A stretch of 64,000 bases of DNA from Pirellulales bacterium (GTDB lineage: Bacteria > Planctomycetota > Planctomycetia > Pirellulales > PALSA-1355), in assembly GCA_041750795.1 (NCBI GenBank), contig JBGSYQ010000064.1, positions 5,016 through 69,015 on the forward strand, given 5' to 3'. Below are positions 38,750 through 49,372 of this stretch, piece by piece. The position numbers were made by a program, and so were the translations under genes. How positions within the stretch are numbered: the first letter of the stretch is position 1; each line of letters starts with the position of its first letter. The notes beneath the pieces are model-generated. The model worked only from the letters and a program-made list of their open reading frames with translations, made no database searches and was not told the DNA's origin.

Positions 38750-40126
38750 TCAAAGTGAACCACTATCCGATTCCGTGCCGGAAGTTCGCGGGGCGTCGAA
38801 GTCGACCGGGTCGTCGAACTCGCGCCGGGCCTCCGCCATCAATCGCTCCAGGCGAGTCCGCTGGGCGGCATGTTGGGCTTCCCCGGCCAGATTGTGCAGC
38901 TCCTCGGGATCCTGCCGCAGATCGAACAATTGCGTGTTGCGCACGCCGCCGGCGTTGTATTGCAGCAGCTTCCACCGCGCGTCGCGCACCATCCGCTGGC
39001 AATCCTTATAAGCGCCAAACACATGATCGCGCACCGCCGCCTGGCGGCCATCGACGATGCCCAGCAGGCTCTTTCCTTCGACCACCGACGGGGTGTCCAC
39101 GCCGCCCAGTTCGCAAATCGTCGGAAACAGATCGAACAAATACACCAGCGCGTCGGACTGGCCGTGCGGAATGCCGGGGCCGGCGATGATCAGCGGCGGC
39201 TTGACGTGCTCGTAGAGATTTTGCTTGCCCATCAGCCCGTGCCGCCCGCCGACGGCCAACCCCTGGTCGCTGGAGTAAATCACAATGGTGTTGTCGGCCA
39301 GCCCGCGCTGATCCAGCTCTTTAAGAATCCGCCCCACTTCGTGATCGAGGTGTGAAATGGTGGCGTAATACTCCGCCAGGTGCTGCCGCATGACGGCCTC
39401 GGTGCGCGGAATGGGGGCCAGCAACTCGTCGCGCACCTGCAACTCGCCATTGTCAAACGGATGCTCCGGCAGAAAGTTTTCGGACAGCGAAAGTTTCTCC
39501 GGATCGTACATCTCCATGAACTCGGCAGGCGCCGTACGCGGATCGTGCGGCACGGGCGGCGCCAGGTAAACGAAAAACGGCCGCTGGCCATCGTGTTGCC
39601 GGAGAAACTTCAGCACCTCGTCGGCGCCCTCGCTGGCCGATGTGGGCGTGCGCCCTTGCGTGGATATATCCGTTTGAAAGGCCGCATTGCCGAACGTACA
39701 CGAGTTGCCCGCCTTGCCGCAGTGAAACGTGGCGTAGCCGGCGTCGTTCAACAGCGCCGGCAGCAGCGGCACGCCGGCCGGCGCGATCTTGGCGCGAGGA
39801 TTCTCCGGAATCCGCCACAGCGACCGCCCGGTAATGAGCATCGTGCGACTGGGAAGGCACACCGCGCCGACCATCGAGCCCATGCAGTAGGCGTTGTTGA
39901 AATGAAAGCCGCGCTCGACGAGCCCGTCGACGTTGGGCGTGCGGATCTCCGGATTGCCCAACGCGCCAACGGTGTCCCAACGCTGATCGTCGGTAAAGAC
40001 GAACAGAATGTTCGGACGCTGAGGGCGCGGTTCGGCTGCCACCAGCGCGCTGCCCAACGCGCCAACAACCCATGCCGCAGCGATGGCGCCAACCAGTGCA
40101 ATGGCACGCCGGCCGATGATGTTCAT
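38750..40126 (-). CDS. Sulfatase
   Basis: Start set at MNIIGRR (40126). Contains PNILFVFTDDQRWD and C-x-P-x-R (CLPSRTMLITG). The last 4 codons and the stop lie inside the IS terminal repeat. Confidence 0.9.
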   Translation of the reverse strand: MNIIGRRAIALVGAIAAAWVVGALGSALVAAEPRPQRPNILFVFTDDQRWDTVGALGNPEIRTPNVDGLVERGFHFNNAYCMGSMVGAVCLPSRTMLITGRSLWRIPENPRAKIAPAGVPLLPALLNDAGYATFHCGKAGNSCTFGNAAFQTDISTQGRTPTSASEGADEVLKFLRQHDGQRPFFVYLAPPVPHDPRTAPAEFMEMYDPEKLSLSENFLPEHPFDNGELQVRDELLAPIPRTEAVMRQHLAEYYATISHLDHEVGRILKELDQRGLADNTIVIYSSDQGLAVGGRHGLMGKQNLYEHVKPPLIIAGPGIPHGQSDALVYLFDLFPTICELGGVDTPSVVEGKSLLGIVDGRQAAVRDHVFGAYKDCQRMVRDARWKLLQYNAGGVRNTQLFDLRQDPEELHNLAGEAQHAAQRTRLERLMAEARREFDDPVDFDAPRTSGTESDSGSL

Positions 40127-40225
40127 GCTCGCCCCCTGGCGTTGTAAAAACGGTGCGCCGCAAAGATCGTGATGTGGCCCCCCTTGCTCCACGGCGGCAC
40201 GCGGGCTCGAGCAACCGAACCTGCG

Positions 40226-41608
40226 CTACGCGGCGCCGTACTCGCGATTGGTGACAATACCCGGCAGCGGCACCGGGTATCGCCCGTCGGCGTCGGCTTG
40301 AATCGGCGCGGGTCCGTCGACAACCAGCTTGTCCACGTCGGGCGCAAACTCGTGCTCGCAGTTGAGCATGCCATCGTAGGTCACCACGCGACCGGTGTGC
40401 GCCGCCATGCGCCCCATCGACGTGACCAGGCTGGCTTCGACGCCGCGCTTCACTTCGTTGTAGGGCTTGTCCTGCCGGATGGCCTCGATCAGGTGGTTCC
40501 ACTCCAGTTGATAGGGACTCGGCTCCGGCGGCGGGAAACGCCACACCAGCTCGGCACGATCCATCTTGTGCCCCTTGTACGTGCGGCACTTGGCCGGCGA
40601 GTGCGACGACGTGGAAATAACGGCCGATCCCTTCGTGCCGTGCGCGTAGCTGGCAAATTCGTCGTGGCAGCCGGGAACGTTGCGGCCGTCGAGCATCAGC
40701 TTCGTGCCGTCGGCAAAAGTATATTCCACCGCGTAATGGTCGAAGTTCTGGTCGACGTTGTCGCCCCGATAGTGCCGGCCGCCGAGCGCCTGGGCCGAAA
40801 CGGGCCAGGCGTTCTTCATCCAGCAGCATTCGTCGATATTGTGAATCAAAAAATCGCTGTAGCAGCCGCCGCTGGCCCACAGGAAGCTGTGGAACCGTTC
40901 GATCTGCCACATCAACTCGTTGCGGTCGGCCGGCTTGGGCTCGGAAAATGCCGAACCGATTGGCGGCGTCATGCGATAAGCACGCAGCAGCGTGATGTCG
41001 CCGATTTCGCCGTTCTGGATCCGGTCGAAAAGCTCTTGCCGGGCCTTGCAGTGGCGGCACATCAGTCCCACCGCAACTTTCAGGTTCTTGGCCGTGGCCT
41101 GGTCGGCCAGTTCCAGCATGCGCTTCGACGTAGGCCCATCGATTGTCACCGGCTTCTCCATGAAGACGTTGACGCCTTTCTCGATGGCATACTTGAAGTG
41201 TACCCAGCGGAAGGCCGGCGGCGTGGCAAAGATGGCGACGTCGCCCGGGCGCAGGCAGTCGATCGCCTGCTTATACGCGTCGAAGCCGATGAACTTGCGA
41301 TCGTTGGGCACGTCCATCCGCTCCGAGTACTCGTTCTGCAACGCGTTGTGGCTGGTGTTCAATCGATGCTCGAACACGTCGGCCATCGCGGTCAGCTTGA
41401 CCAGACCCTGCTGCTCGACCGACAACGCATTGGCGGCCGCGCCGGTGCCGCGACCGCCGCATCCCACCAGGGCCACCTGCACCGTGCTGTCTTCCGCCGC
41501 ATGGACCGCCGGCACCACCATGCTGGTCAACGCCGATGCGGCCGCTATCCGGCCCGTGTTCTGCAAAAATTCGCGACGCGACGTGGTGTGTGCGGTGGGC
41601 TTGGTCAT
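40226..41608 (-). CDS. Gfo/Idh/MocA-family oxidoreductase with TAT signal
   Basis: 460 aa with SRREFLQNTGRIAAASAL. Rossmann motif VALVGCGGRG, and EKPV in FMEKPVT. Confidence 0.85.
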   Translation of the reverse strand: MTKPTAHTTSRREFLQNTGRIAAASALTSMVVPAVHAAEDSTVQVALVGCGGRGTGAAANALSVEQQGLVKLTAMADVFEHRLNTSHNALQNEYSERMDVPNDRKFIGFDAYKQAIDCLRPGDVAIFATPPAFRWVHFKYAIEKGVNVFMEKPVTIDGPTSKRMLELADQATAKNLKVAVGLMCRHCKARQELFDRIQNGEIGDITLLRAYRMTPPIGSAFSEPKPADRNELMWQIERFHSFLWASGGCYSDFLIHNIDECCWMKNAWPVSAQALGGRHYRGDNVDQNFDHYAVEYTFADGTKLMLDGRNVPGCHDEFASYAHGTKGSAVISTSSHSPAKCRTYKGHKMDRAELVWRFPPPEPSPYQLEWNHLIEAIRQDKPYNEVKRGVEASLVTSMGRMAAHTGRVVTYDGMLNCEHEFAPDVDKLVVDGPAPIQADADGRYPVPLPGIVTNREYGAA

Positions 41609-41760
41609 CGGGGGACTGCTCCTGGTTCGCTTCAGGCGGGAAAGATCGTTCGAGGCGGGACGCGGCTCTGGAGTGTTAGTTTAGTTGACCGGCAACCGGG
41701 TATCTAGCCAGCGTCGACGCGTTCGCACCGACGATCGCCCCGGATGCAAGCGCGGCGGCG

Positions 41761-43254
41761 CTATTTCCCGCCATCGCGTACGCATAGCAGCTTGTGCCGC
41801 GTGCGAAAAAACAGGCTGCCATCGGCGATGGCCGGGGTGGCCAGGCAACTGTCGCCCAGGTCGTTGGTCGCCAGCACGTCGAGTTCCGCTCCGGCAGCCA
41901 GCACCACGACCGTGCCATTCTCGCCCGTAACGTAGATCTTGCCATCGCCATAGACGGGCGAGGCGAAGTAATCTCCCACGTTCTGAATGCGTCGCTGGTA
42001 CCACAACGGCTGGCCGTCGCGGGTGTCGAAACAACTGGAGATGCCGCCCCCTTTGACCACCAGCATGCGTCCGTCGATCACCAGCGGCGAAACGATGTGA
42101 TCGGGCGCGCGGCTGTCGTGCTTCCACAGCACGTGGGTCGCCGTAACGTCTCCCCGGCCGCCGGCCCGAACCGCCAGGATGTACTGCTCGGCGGCATCCG
42201 CGGCGTCGTGCCGGGCGCCGGCGAAGTTGTCGGCATCCAGAAACGCGCGGTCGAGCTCTTCCCCTTCGAGATAGCCATCCTTATTCACGTCGCCCCGATC
42301 GAAGCGCTCGAAAAACTCGGCCGGAAGGGGGACGTCGCCGGCGAAGTCCTGCATTTCCTGCTTGGTCAGCCGGCCGTCGTTGTTGCCCGTCTCACCCTGA
42401 TCGGCGGTGGCCAGCCACTGGTTGGCGATGCCGCTGCTCTGCAATGAAATGTAAACCACACCCTCGCTGCACACCGGCGTCGTCTTGATGTTTCGCAAAA
42501 GCGTCTTCGCCAACCAAAGCTGCTCGCCCGTTTTCGGATCGTAGCCGATGAGCTTGCCCGTGCCGGCCACGACCAGCTCCGATCCGGCATCCGTCCGGCA
42601 AACGATCGGGTGCGAGTAGTTGACGGCCATGTCGTTGCGCGCCACGCGCCACTCGATCGCACCGGTCTGTCGATCCAGCGCGTACATGGCCGGAGAGAGA
42701 TCGTCGTCCTGCAGGAAGATCACCTTGTCCTCGAACAACACGGGCGACATGCCGGGGCCCCATTTGAACACGAAGTAGGGCACGGGCAGCGGCGTGTGCC
42801 AGGCGGTCTCGCCCGACGCCGCGTCGAACGCCGTCATGCCCAGCGTGTTGAAATAGAAATAGGCTCGCTCGCCGTCCGCGGCCAGGGTGGTCGAGGCGTG
42901 GCTGTTGGTGCGATGGATCTCGCCCAGCGCTCCGGTCGCCAGATCGCGCGACCAAAGCGCCTTGCCGCTGGCCGCATCGAAGCACTGCACGCGCACCAGC
43001 TCGTCGCCGGCCATCGAAGAAACGAACACACGTCCAGCCGCCACGACCGGCGAGCCGATGCCGTCGCCCAATTCCTGCGACCAGGCCACATTCTCGGTCG
43101 CGGAGAAGTTGACCGGCAGCGATCGACTCGACGCCGAGATGCCACTGCAATTCGGCCCACGAAACTGCGGCCAGTCCTCGGCCATGGCGACGCCGAGCGT
43201 GGCGACCCAAAGGGCCGCCAGCCGCAACAGAGATATTGGCTTTGATGTGTCCAT
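41761..43254 (-). CDS. PQQ-like beta-propeller repeat protein with EF-hand insert
   Basis: 497 aa with a signal peptide. DWPQFRGPN is followed by repeated G.V.....G.L.A.D..TG...W units. An EF-hand loop DVNKDGYLEGEELD is present. Confidence 0.8.
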   Translation of the reverse strand: MDTSKPISLLRLAALWVATLGVAMAEDWPQFRGPNCSGISASSRSLPVNFSATENVAWSQELGDGIGSPVVAAGRVFVSSMAGDELVRVQCFDAASGKALWSRDLATGALGEIHRTNSHASTTLAADGERAYFYFNTLGMTAFDAASGETAWHTPLPVPYFVFKWGPGMSPVLFEDKVIFLQDDDLSPAMYALDRQTGAIEWRVARNDMAVNYSHPIVCRTDAGSELVVAGTGKLIGYDPKTGEQLWLAKTLLRNIKTTPVCSEGVVYISLQSSGIANQWLATADQGETGNNDGRLTKQEMQDFAGDVPLPAEFFERFDRGDVNKDGYLEGEELDRAFLDADNFAGARHDAADAAEQYILAVRAGGRGDVTATHVLWKHDSRAPDHIVSPLVIDGRMLVVKGGGISSCFDTRDGQPLWYQRRIQNVGDYFASPVYGDGKIYVTGENGTVVVLAAGAELDVLATNDLGDSCLATPAIADGSLFFRTRHKLLCVRDGGK

Positions 43255-43281
43255 GCGTCTCTACGCTCGGCGCCAGCGGGA

Positions 43282-44775
43282 TCAGGCCACTACCGATTTC
43301 ACGACCTTGCCGGCCACGTCAGTCAGTCGGAAGTCGCGCCCGTTGTAGCGGTAGGTCAGTTTCTCGTGGTTCATGCCCAGCAGGTGCAGCACCGTGGCGT
43401 GCAAGTCGTTGATGCTGACGCGGTCGACGACCGCCTTGTGGCCGATTTCGTCGGTCTGGCCGTGATGCACGCCCCCTTGCACTCCGCCGCCTGCCAGCCA
43501 GGTGGTAAAGGCGTGCGGATTGTGGTCGCGGCCCGTGCCCCCTTTCTGCACGATGGGCAGCCTGCCAAACTCTCCGCAGCAGATCACCAGCGTCGAATCC
43601 AATAAGCCGCGCTGCGCCAGATCGGTCAGCAGGCCGGCGATGGGCGTGTCGGTCTCTCCGGCAAACTGCGTGTGGTTCTGCTGGATGTTCTGATGGCCGT
43701 CCCAACTGCGCTCGTTTTCCATGCCGCCGGAATAGATCTGCACGAAGCGCACGCCCCGCTCCACCAGCCGCCGCGCCGTGAGCGCCTGCCTGGCGAAGTG
43801 CGTACACTTGGCATCGTCGATGCCGTACAGCTTGTGAATGTGCTCGGGCTCGGCATCGATATCGAGCGCCTCGGGCGCCGCCATCTGCATGCGATACGCC
43901 AGCTCGAAGCTTTCGATCCGCGCCGCAAAGTCGGCCTCGTCCGCCGCCGGGTGATGCCTGTTGAGCGTGCGCAGCAAGTCGAGCTGGGCGACCTGCTGCT
44001 GGTCGGTCATGTCGGCGCGGCGAAGAAGATTGTTGATCGGCGCGCCTTGGGCATTGAGCGCAGTGCCCTGAAACACGCCGGGCAGGAACCCCGTGCCCCA
44101 ATTTTGCGCATGCCCTTTGGGCAGCCCGCGGCCCAGCGTGTCGTACATCACCACAAAGCCGGGCAGATTGCGATTCTCGCTGCCCAGCCCATAGGTCACC
44201 CACGCCCCCATGCACGGGAAGCCCATGCGGCTGAAGCCGGTGTTGATCTCGAACAGCGCGGGCGAGTGATTGTTGGTCTTGGTGAAGCAGGAATGGATGA
44301 ACGCCATCCGGTCGACGTGCTCGCCGATCTTCGGAAAAATCTCGGACACCCACGCGCCGGATTGTCCGCGTTGCTCGAACTTGAAAGGCGACTTCATCAG
44401 CGGGCCGACCTGCTCGGTGAAGAAGCCCGTGTTCTTGTCGAAGCCCTCCAACTCCTGGCCGTCGCGCTTGGCCAACTCAGGCTTGTAGTCCCAGGTGTCG
44501 ACCTGGCTGGGGCCGCCGTTCATGAACAGCCAGATGACGCTCTTGGCCTTGGCCGGAAAGTGCGTGGACTTGGGGGCCATGGGATTGAGAGGAAGCGACG
44601 CGGTGGCAGCATCGGCCGAGCCGGCCAGCAAGCCTTGCGAGTCGAGCATCGCCGCCAACGCCAACAGCCCCGCGCCCGATCCGGCGCGAGCAAGAAACTC
44701 GCGCCGCGAAGGATACGCCGATGGCGGCCGTGCGAAAAGCCTCGGAGCATTCATGACGCTATCCCTCGGAAACAA
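43282..44775 (-). CDS. DUF1501 domain protein (sulfatase-fold, TAT signal)
   Basis: SRREFLARAGSGAGLLAL, VIWLFMNGGPSQVDTWDYKP and the C-terminal GRDHNPHAFT form the classic planctomycete DUF1501 pattern. The start may be 44754. Confidence 0.9.
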   Translation of the reverse strand: MFPRDSVMNAPRLFARPPSAYPSRREFLARAGSGAGLLALAAMLDSQGLLAGSADAATASLPLNPMAPKSTHFPAKAKSVIWLFMNGGPSQVDTWDYKPELAKRDGQELEGFDKNTGFFTEQVGPLMKSPFKFEQRGQSGAWVSEIFPKIGEHVDRMAFIHSCFTKTNNHSPALFEINTGFSRMGFPCMGAWVTYGLGSENRNLPGFVVMYDTLGRGLPKGHAQNWGTGFLPGVFQGTALNAQGAPINNLLRRADMTDQQQVAQLDLLRTLNRHHPAADEADFAARIESFELAYRMQMAAPEALDIDAEPEHIHKLYGIDDAKCTHFARQALTARRLVERGVRFVQIYSGGMENERSWDGHQNIQQNHTQFAGETDTPIAGLLTDLAQRGLLDSTLVICCGEFGRLPIVQKGGTGRDHNPHAFTTWLAGGGVQGGVHHGQTDEIGHKAVVDRVSINDLHATVLHLLGMNHEKLTYRYNGRDFRLTDVAGKVVKSVVA

Positions 44776-44804
44776 ACGGACGCTGCGGTCGATCGTATTC
44801 TACA

Positions 44805-47800
44805 TCAGTCGATATAAATAAACTCGTTCAATCCGAACAGCACCTGGCAGAAGTCGCCCACGGCCAGCGAGAGCGCGTCCTCCTTGCCCGCCGCCGCGTA
44901 CGACTGCGTGGCGCCGCGAATAAACAGTGCCGAGTCGGCCAGCTCCGCTTCGTCCGGCGGCCGCCCCAGCCCAATCAGGTATCCGCGCGCCACGGCCTCC
45001 TCGGGGCTCGCCTCCTTGCCGCTCAACAAACGCCCGGCCATGGAGCGGGCACGCTCGATGACTTGCTCGTTGTTGAGCATGGCCAGCGCCTGCGGAGCCA
45101 CGATGGTCGAAGCCCGCTGCCCGAGCCCCTGCAGCGCATCGGGCGCGTCGTACAGCATCATGCTGGGCACCAACTGGCTGCGCTTGACCATGAAGTAAAT
45201 GCTGCGGCGCTGGTGCGCGGGATCGAGCGTGCTGGGGCCATACAAGCTGCGGTCCAGGTCGCCGCTGGCCGCCAGCATCGCGTCGCGGATCACCTCGGCC
45301 TCCAGCCGCACTCGCAAGCGCCGCCACAACAGCCGATTGTCCGGGTCGACCGCAACGCGTGCATCGTCGCCGCCGACGCTTTGCTTGTAAGTGGCGCTGG
45401 TCATCATCAGTTTGTGCAACGGCTTGAGCCGCCAGCCGCCGTCGATCAGTTGTCCAGCCAGATAGTCGAGCAACTCGGGGTGCGACGGCGGCTCGCCCGA
45501 GCGGCCGAAGTCGCTGGCCGTGGCCACGATGCCCCGTCCAAAGTGATGTTGCCACAGCCGGTTGACGATCACCCGTGCCAACAGGTGGCCGGCGCCTTGC
45601 TCGGAGTCGGTGATCCAATCGGCCAGCGCTCGCCGCCGATAGCTGGTGCGCCAGCCGTCCGGCGGGGACGACTGCCAGTGCTTCTCGGCTTCCGGCGCCC
45701 GCATCAGCACTTGCAGATAACTGGCATCGGCCGGCGCGATCTTCTGTTGCAGGTCGCCGCGCTTGAGAAAGTACGTGTGCTCGAAGAAATCGACCCCCTG
45801 CGTTCGCAAACGCAGCGCCGGCAATCCTTCGGTGGAGATCAACACCTTGGTCAGCTCGGGCTCGGGCGCCTGTTTCTCGTGCTCTTCAACCGCGGCGTTG
45901 AGCTTTTGCCACTCGGCGTCGTGCTCGCAATGCCAGGCCAATAGCGCCGCGCGCTGCTCGTCGCTGCGCTCGGCGGCAGGCGTGGCCAATGCCTGATTCA
46001 CCAGTTCGAGCCGCTTGACCGTCACTTGCTCGCCGTCGAGCGCCACGGGCTTGGGCGTCGTGCTGAACGAGAACCGCACGCGGCCCAGGTTGTGCTGCTC
46101 GTTGTTCTCGAACCGCAGAATGAACGTCAGCGTCGTCCCGTTGGCGTCGGCGATGGGTGTTTCCAGGTCGAACGCGGCGGAATGACTCTTGCCGAATTCC
46201 GGATCGACCGCCCAGGCCGATTTTTTGTTGTCGTCGATCGCTCCCACTACCGGCAGCTTTTCCTGCGAGAACGTGGCTTTGGCGGCCACCAGCTTGCGCG
46301 GAGCCCCCGCCGTGTTCGACCCGTTGGGCGCCGCCCAAAGCTGAAAGTCGGACAAGGCAAAATTGCCGTTGGCGGCGCGTCCGGGGCCGTTCTTCGGCAG
46401 AGAAGGGTCGGCCAGCGCGTCGATCCGCACGGCCGTGATGCCCGTCGCGGAGGTGGGCGCCGTAAAGGTATAAACGTCCTGCGACGCGTTGGTTCCACTG
46501 GCCAGGTACGATCCGTCGTCTTGCAGAGCGAAGGTCGCGCCACCTTCGGACTTGGTGGCGCTGGCTTCCACAATTTGCCACTTGGCGCTAACTCGCTGGA
46601 CGTCGCTCGCCAGCCACTCTTCGAAACGGCTGGGCAATTCCTCCGACTCGTAGCGCTTGAGCGCCTCGACCAACCGTGCATGCGCGCGCTCGTACTCCTC
46701 TTGCCGAGTACGAGTGCGCTCGGGATCGAAATCCAGGTCGACTTCGCTACGCACCGTCGCGGTAAACGTAGCGACGAAACGATAATAGTCGGCCTGCGGA
46801 ATCGGGTCGAACTTGTGATCGTGGCAGCGGGCGCAGCCGATCGTCAGCCCCAGCATCGACGTGCCGATCGTGGCGGCCATGTCGTCCAACTCGTCGTAGC
46901 GTTCCTTCTCTACCTGGTTGGCCGTGATCTGCGTAGCGTGCGTGCCCGCGGCCAGGAAGCCCGTGGCCATCAGCGCCAGGTTGTTCTCCGGTTCGTACTC
47001 GTCTCCGGCGATCTGCCAGCGCACGAACTGGTCGTACGGCATGTCCTGGTTGAGCGCCTGAATGACGAAGTCGCGGTAGTGATAGGCCGTGGGCCGGTCG
47101 TCGTCCTGCTCGTAGCCGTGACTCTCGGCAAACCGCGCCAGGTCGAGCCAGTGCCGTCCCCAACGCTCGCCATAGTGAGGACTGTCGAGCAAGCGATCGA
47201 TCAACCGGTCATACGCATCGGGCGATGCATCGGCCAGAAACTCGTCGACCTGCTCGGGCGTCGGCGGCAGTCCGGTCAGGTCGAAGGTCGCGCGGCGGAT
47301 CAGCTTTCGCTTGTCGGCCGGGCCGTTGGGTCCGATGCTGGCCGCTTCCAGCTTGTGCAGCACGAACTGGTCGATCGGCGTACGGCACCAGCCGTTGTTT
47401 TGCACCGCCGGCACTTCCGCATCGGACAGCGGCGCCAGCGACCAGAATTCACGGTCCTGGGGACTGACCAGCTTGGCGATGAATTCCTGGGCCACGTCCA
47501 CCAGCGGCGCGTCGTAGGCGGCCCCGGACGCGATCCACGCCGCGAGGTGTTCGATCGACTCGACCGGCAACTGCGCGGCCTCGGCGGGCATGAACGGCTC
47601 GTCCCCGTGACGCACCAGCGTCATCAGTCGGCTCTCGTCGGGCTTGCCGACCACGACGGCCGGACCAGATTCGCCCCCCTCGAGCAGCCCTTCTCGGGTG
47701 GTCAGATCGAACTCGCCGTGAGTTTCAGCGCCGCCGTGGCACTTCACGCAATGCGAAGTCAAAAGATCGCGCACCGGGCCCTTGAACAGCTCGAGGCTGC

Positions 47801-47963
47801 GGGTCATTTGCGCCGCATGATCGGCGGGTATCGCATCACTCGCTGGCGTCTCATCCGCGCTGGTTCCGGCGGCCTGAAACACTGCAAACACAAAAATCAA
47901 AAACGCCACGTTGCGAACGGCCGCTGTCCGGCGGCGTCTGCCTGCTCCACTCCATAACATCAT
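44805..47963 (-). CDS. PSCyt (planctomycete cytochrome c) / DUF1549 / DUF1553 protein
   Basis: CVKCHGG heme motif, then DUF1549-type (RRATFDLTGLPPTPEQVDEF..YERLIDRLL.SPHYGERWGRHWLD). A middle region follows, then DUF1553-type (CARCHDHKFDPI). It is the usual partner of DUF1501. Start set at MMLWSG. Confidence 0.9.
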   Translation of the reverse strand: MMLWSGAGRRRRTAAVRNVAFLIFVFAVFQAAGTSADETPASDAIPADHAAQMTRSLELFKGPVRDLLTSHCVKCHGGAETHGEFDLTTREGLLEGGESGPAVVVGKPDESRLMTLVRHGDEPFMPAEAAQLPVESIEHLAAWIASGAAYDAPLVDVAQEFIAKLVSPQDREFWSLAPLSDAEVPAVQNNGWCRTPIDQFVLHKLEAASIGPNGPADKRKLIRRATFDLTGLPPTPEQVDEFLADASPDAYDRLIDRLLDSPHYGERWGRHWLDLARFAESHGYEQDDDRPTAYHYRDFVIQALNQDMPYDQFVRWQIAGDEYEPENNLALMATGFLAAGTHATQITANQVEKERYDELDDMAATIGTSMLGLTIGCARCHDHKFDPIPQADYYRFVATFTATVRSEVDLDFDPERTRTRQEEYERAHARLVEALKRYESEELPSRFEEWLASDVQRVSAKWQIVEASATKSEGGATFALQDDGSYLASGTNASQDVYTFTAPTSATGITAVRIDALADPSLPKNGPGRAANGNFALSDFQLWAAPNGSNTAGAPRKLVAAKATFSQEKLPVVGAIDDNKKSAWAVDPEFGKSHSAAFDLETPIADANGTTLTFILRFENNEQHNLGRVRFSFSTTPKPVALDGEQVTVKRLELVNQALATPAAERSDEQRAALLAWHCEHDAEWQKLNAAVEEHEKQAPEPELTKVLISTEGLPALRLRTQGVDFFEHTYFLKRGDLQQKIAPADASYLQVLMRAPEAEKHWQSSPPDGWRTSYRRRALADWITDSEQGAGHLLARVIVNRLWQHHFGRGIVATASDFGRSGEPPSHPELLDYLAGQLIDGGWRLKPLHKLMMTSATYKQSVGGDDARVAVDPDNRLLWRRLRVRLEAEVIRDAMLAASGDLDRSLYGPSTLDPAHQRRSIYFMVKRSQLVPSMMLYDAPDALQGLGQRASTIVAPQALAMLNNEQVIERARSMAGRLLSGKEASPEEAVARGYLIGLGRPPDEAELADSALFIRGATQSYAAAGKEDALSLAVGDFCQVLFGLNEFIYID

Positions 47964-48184
47964 CACGGGCTCTCCAAGCCACGAACCGAGCAACCCCGAC
48001 GGCCGCTTCTCTGGCTCCCATTTCCGTTGAGCCGGCGCGTGCTGTCAAGGGGCCGTGACAACCCCCGCGCGCTGCGGCAGATACCCGCCCGCGCCGCACT
48101 GCCCGAGCATGAGCGCATCCCCGGACGGCAACACCACTTCGGCGTGTCAGCCCCAGCGGCGTCCAGGTCCCTATGAGCGGGCCG

Positions 48185-49372
48185 CTACGTGTGATAGTCG
48201 GCATTCAGCCGGACATATTCGGCGGTCAGGTCGGTGGTCCAAAAGCGCACGCTGGCCTCCCCCTCGCGAAAGCGGAGATCGACGTGCGTATCGCGATTGT
48301 CGCGGATCGACGCCGAAACCTTGGCGGCGTCGAACTCGACGGGCCGTCCCTGTTCGTACAGCGGATGGTCGTTGATCCGCAAATCGACGCCGGCCGGATC
48401 GAACTCGATGCCCGCATAACCGGCGGCCGAGACAATCCGGCCCCAATTCGGATCGGCCCCGGCCACGGCCGTCTTTACCAGCGGGCTGTCGGCCACCGTC
48501 CGCGCGATTTCGCGGGCGGCCGCCACGGTCTTGCAGCCGGACACGTCGATCGTAATCAGGTGCGATGCCCCCTCGCCGTCCTCGGGAATCGCCCGAGCCA
48601 GATCCGTACACACTTCCTGGAGCGCAACGCCAAATGCCGCCAGATCGTCGCCGGCAATCGGCGTTCCCCCCGCCGCCCCATTGGCCATCAGCAGCACCGT
48701 GTCGTTGGTACTCATGTGGCCGTCGACGTGAATGCAGTTGAACGTGACGTCGACGATGCGGCCTAGTAATGCTTGCGCATCGGCGGAGGTTAGCGGCGCA
48801 TCGGTGAGCACCAGCCCGAGCATGGTGGCCATGTTCGGTCCGATCATCGCGGCGCCTTTGGCCATGCCGGTGATCTGGATGGAGCGCCCGCCGACGGAAA
48901 TCGTGCGCCCGGATATTTTGTGAACCGAATCGGTCGTCAGCATGCCGCGCGCGGCCGCCAGCAAGTTCTCCTCGCCGCGCCCCAATTGCTCTGCCGCGGC
49001 GGTGATGCCATCGCGAATCTTCTCGATCGGCAAAAAGCTGCCAATGATGCCGGTGGAGAGCACGAGGCACTGTTGCTCGCTGGCGTCGCAAACGACGGCC
49101 CCGGCGCGCGCCATGGCGCGTGCGTCTTCGAGTCCGCGCGCGCCCGTGCAGGCGTTGGCATTGCCCGAGTTGACAACGACCACGCGGATGTTCTCGGCCG
49201 GAGTAATGGCGCGATCCCAAGCCACCGGCGCGGCAAACACCAGGTTCTGCGTGTAGACGCCCGCCGCAACCGCCGGCCGGTCGGAGACGACCAACGTCAA
49301 ATCCTGCTTGGCCGGGTTGCGCTTGATGCCGCAATGGACACCAGCGAGTCGAAATGCTTGAGGAACGTTCAT
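48185..49372 (-). CDS. argJ: Bifunctional glutamate N-acetyltransferase / amino-acid acetyltransferase
   Basis: 395 aa, collinear with Bacillus ArgJ from memory. GVHCGIK, VVVNSGNANACTG, self-cleavage site PNMATMLG, GEGASHLI, DPNWGRI and the C-terminal YVRLNADYHT. Confidence 0.95.
   Translation of the reverse strand: MNVPQAFRLAGVHCGIKRNPAKQDLTLVVSDRPAVAAGVYTQNLVFAAPVAWDRAITPAENIRVVVVNSGNANACTGARGLEDARAMARAGAVVCDASEQQCLVLSTGIIGSFLPIEKIRDGITAAAEQLGRGEENLLAAARGMLTTDSVHKISGRTISVGGRSIQITGMAKGAAMIGPNMATMLGLVLTDAPLTSADAQALLGRIVDVTFNCIHVDGHMSTNDTVLLMANGAAGGTPIAGDDLAAFGVALQEVCTDLARAIPEDGEGASHLITIDVSGCKTVAAAREIARTVADSPLVKTAVAGADPNWGRIVSAAGYAGIEFDPAGVDLRINDHPLYEQGRPVEFDAAKVSASIRDNRDTHVDLRFREGEASVRFWTTDLTAEYVRLNADYHT

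Larger units (their letters stand above)
37999..38765. mobile_element. Decayed IS1595-family element bounded by 17-bp inverted repeats
   Basis: The left end is TATTGGTTCACTTTGAA (37999-38015). The reverse complement of the right end (38749-38765) is TAGTGGTTCACTTTGAA, 16/17 identical. The interior holds a transposase fragment and is visibly lower in GC. Confidence 0.55.
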
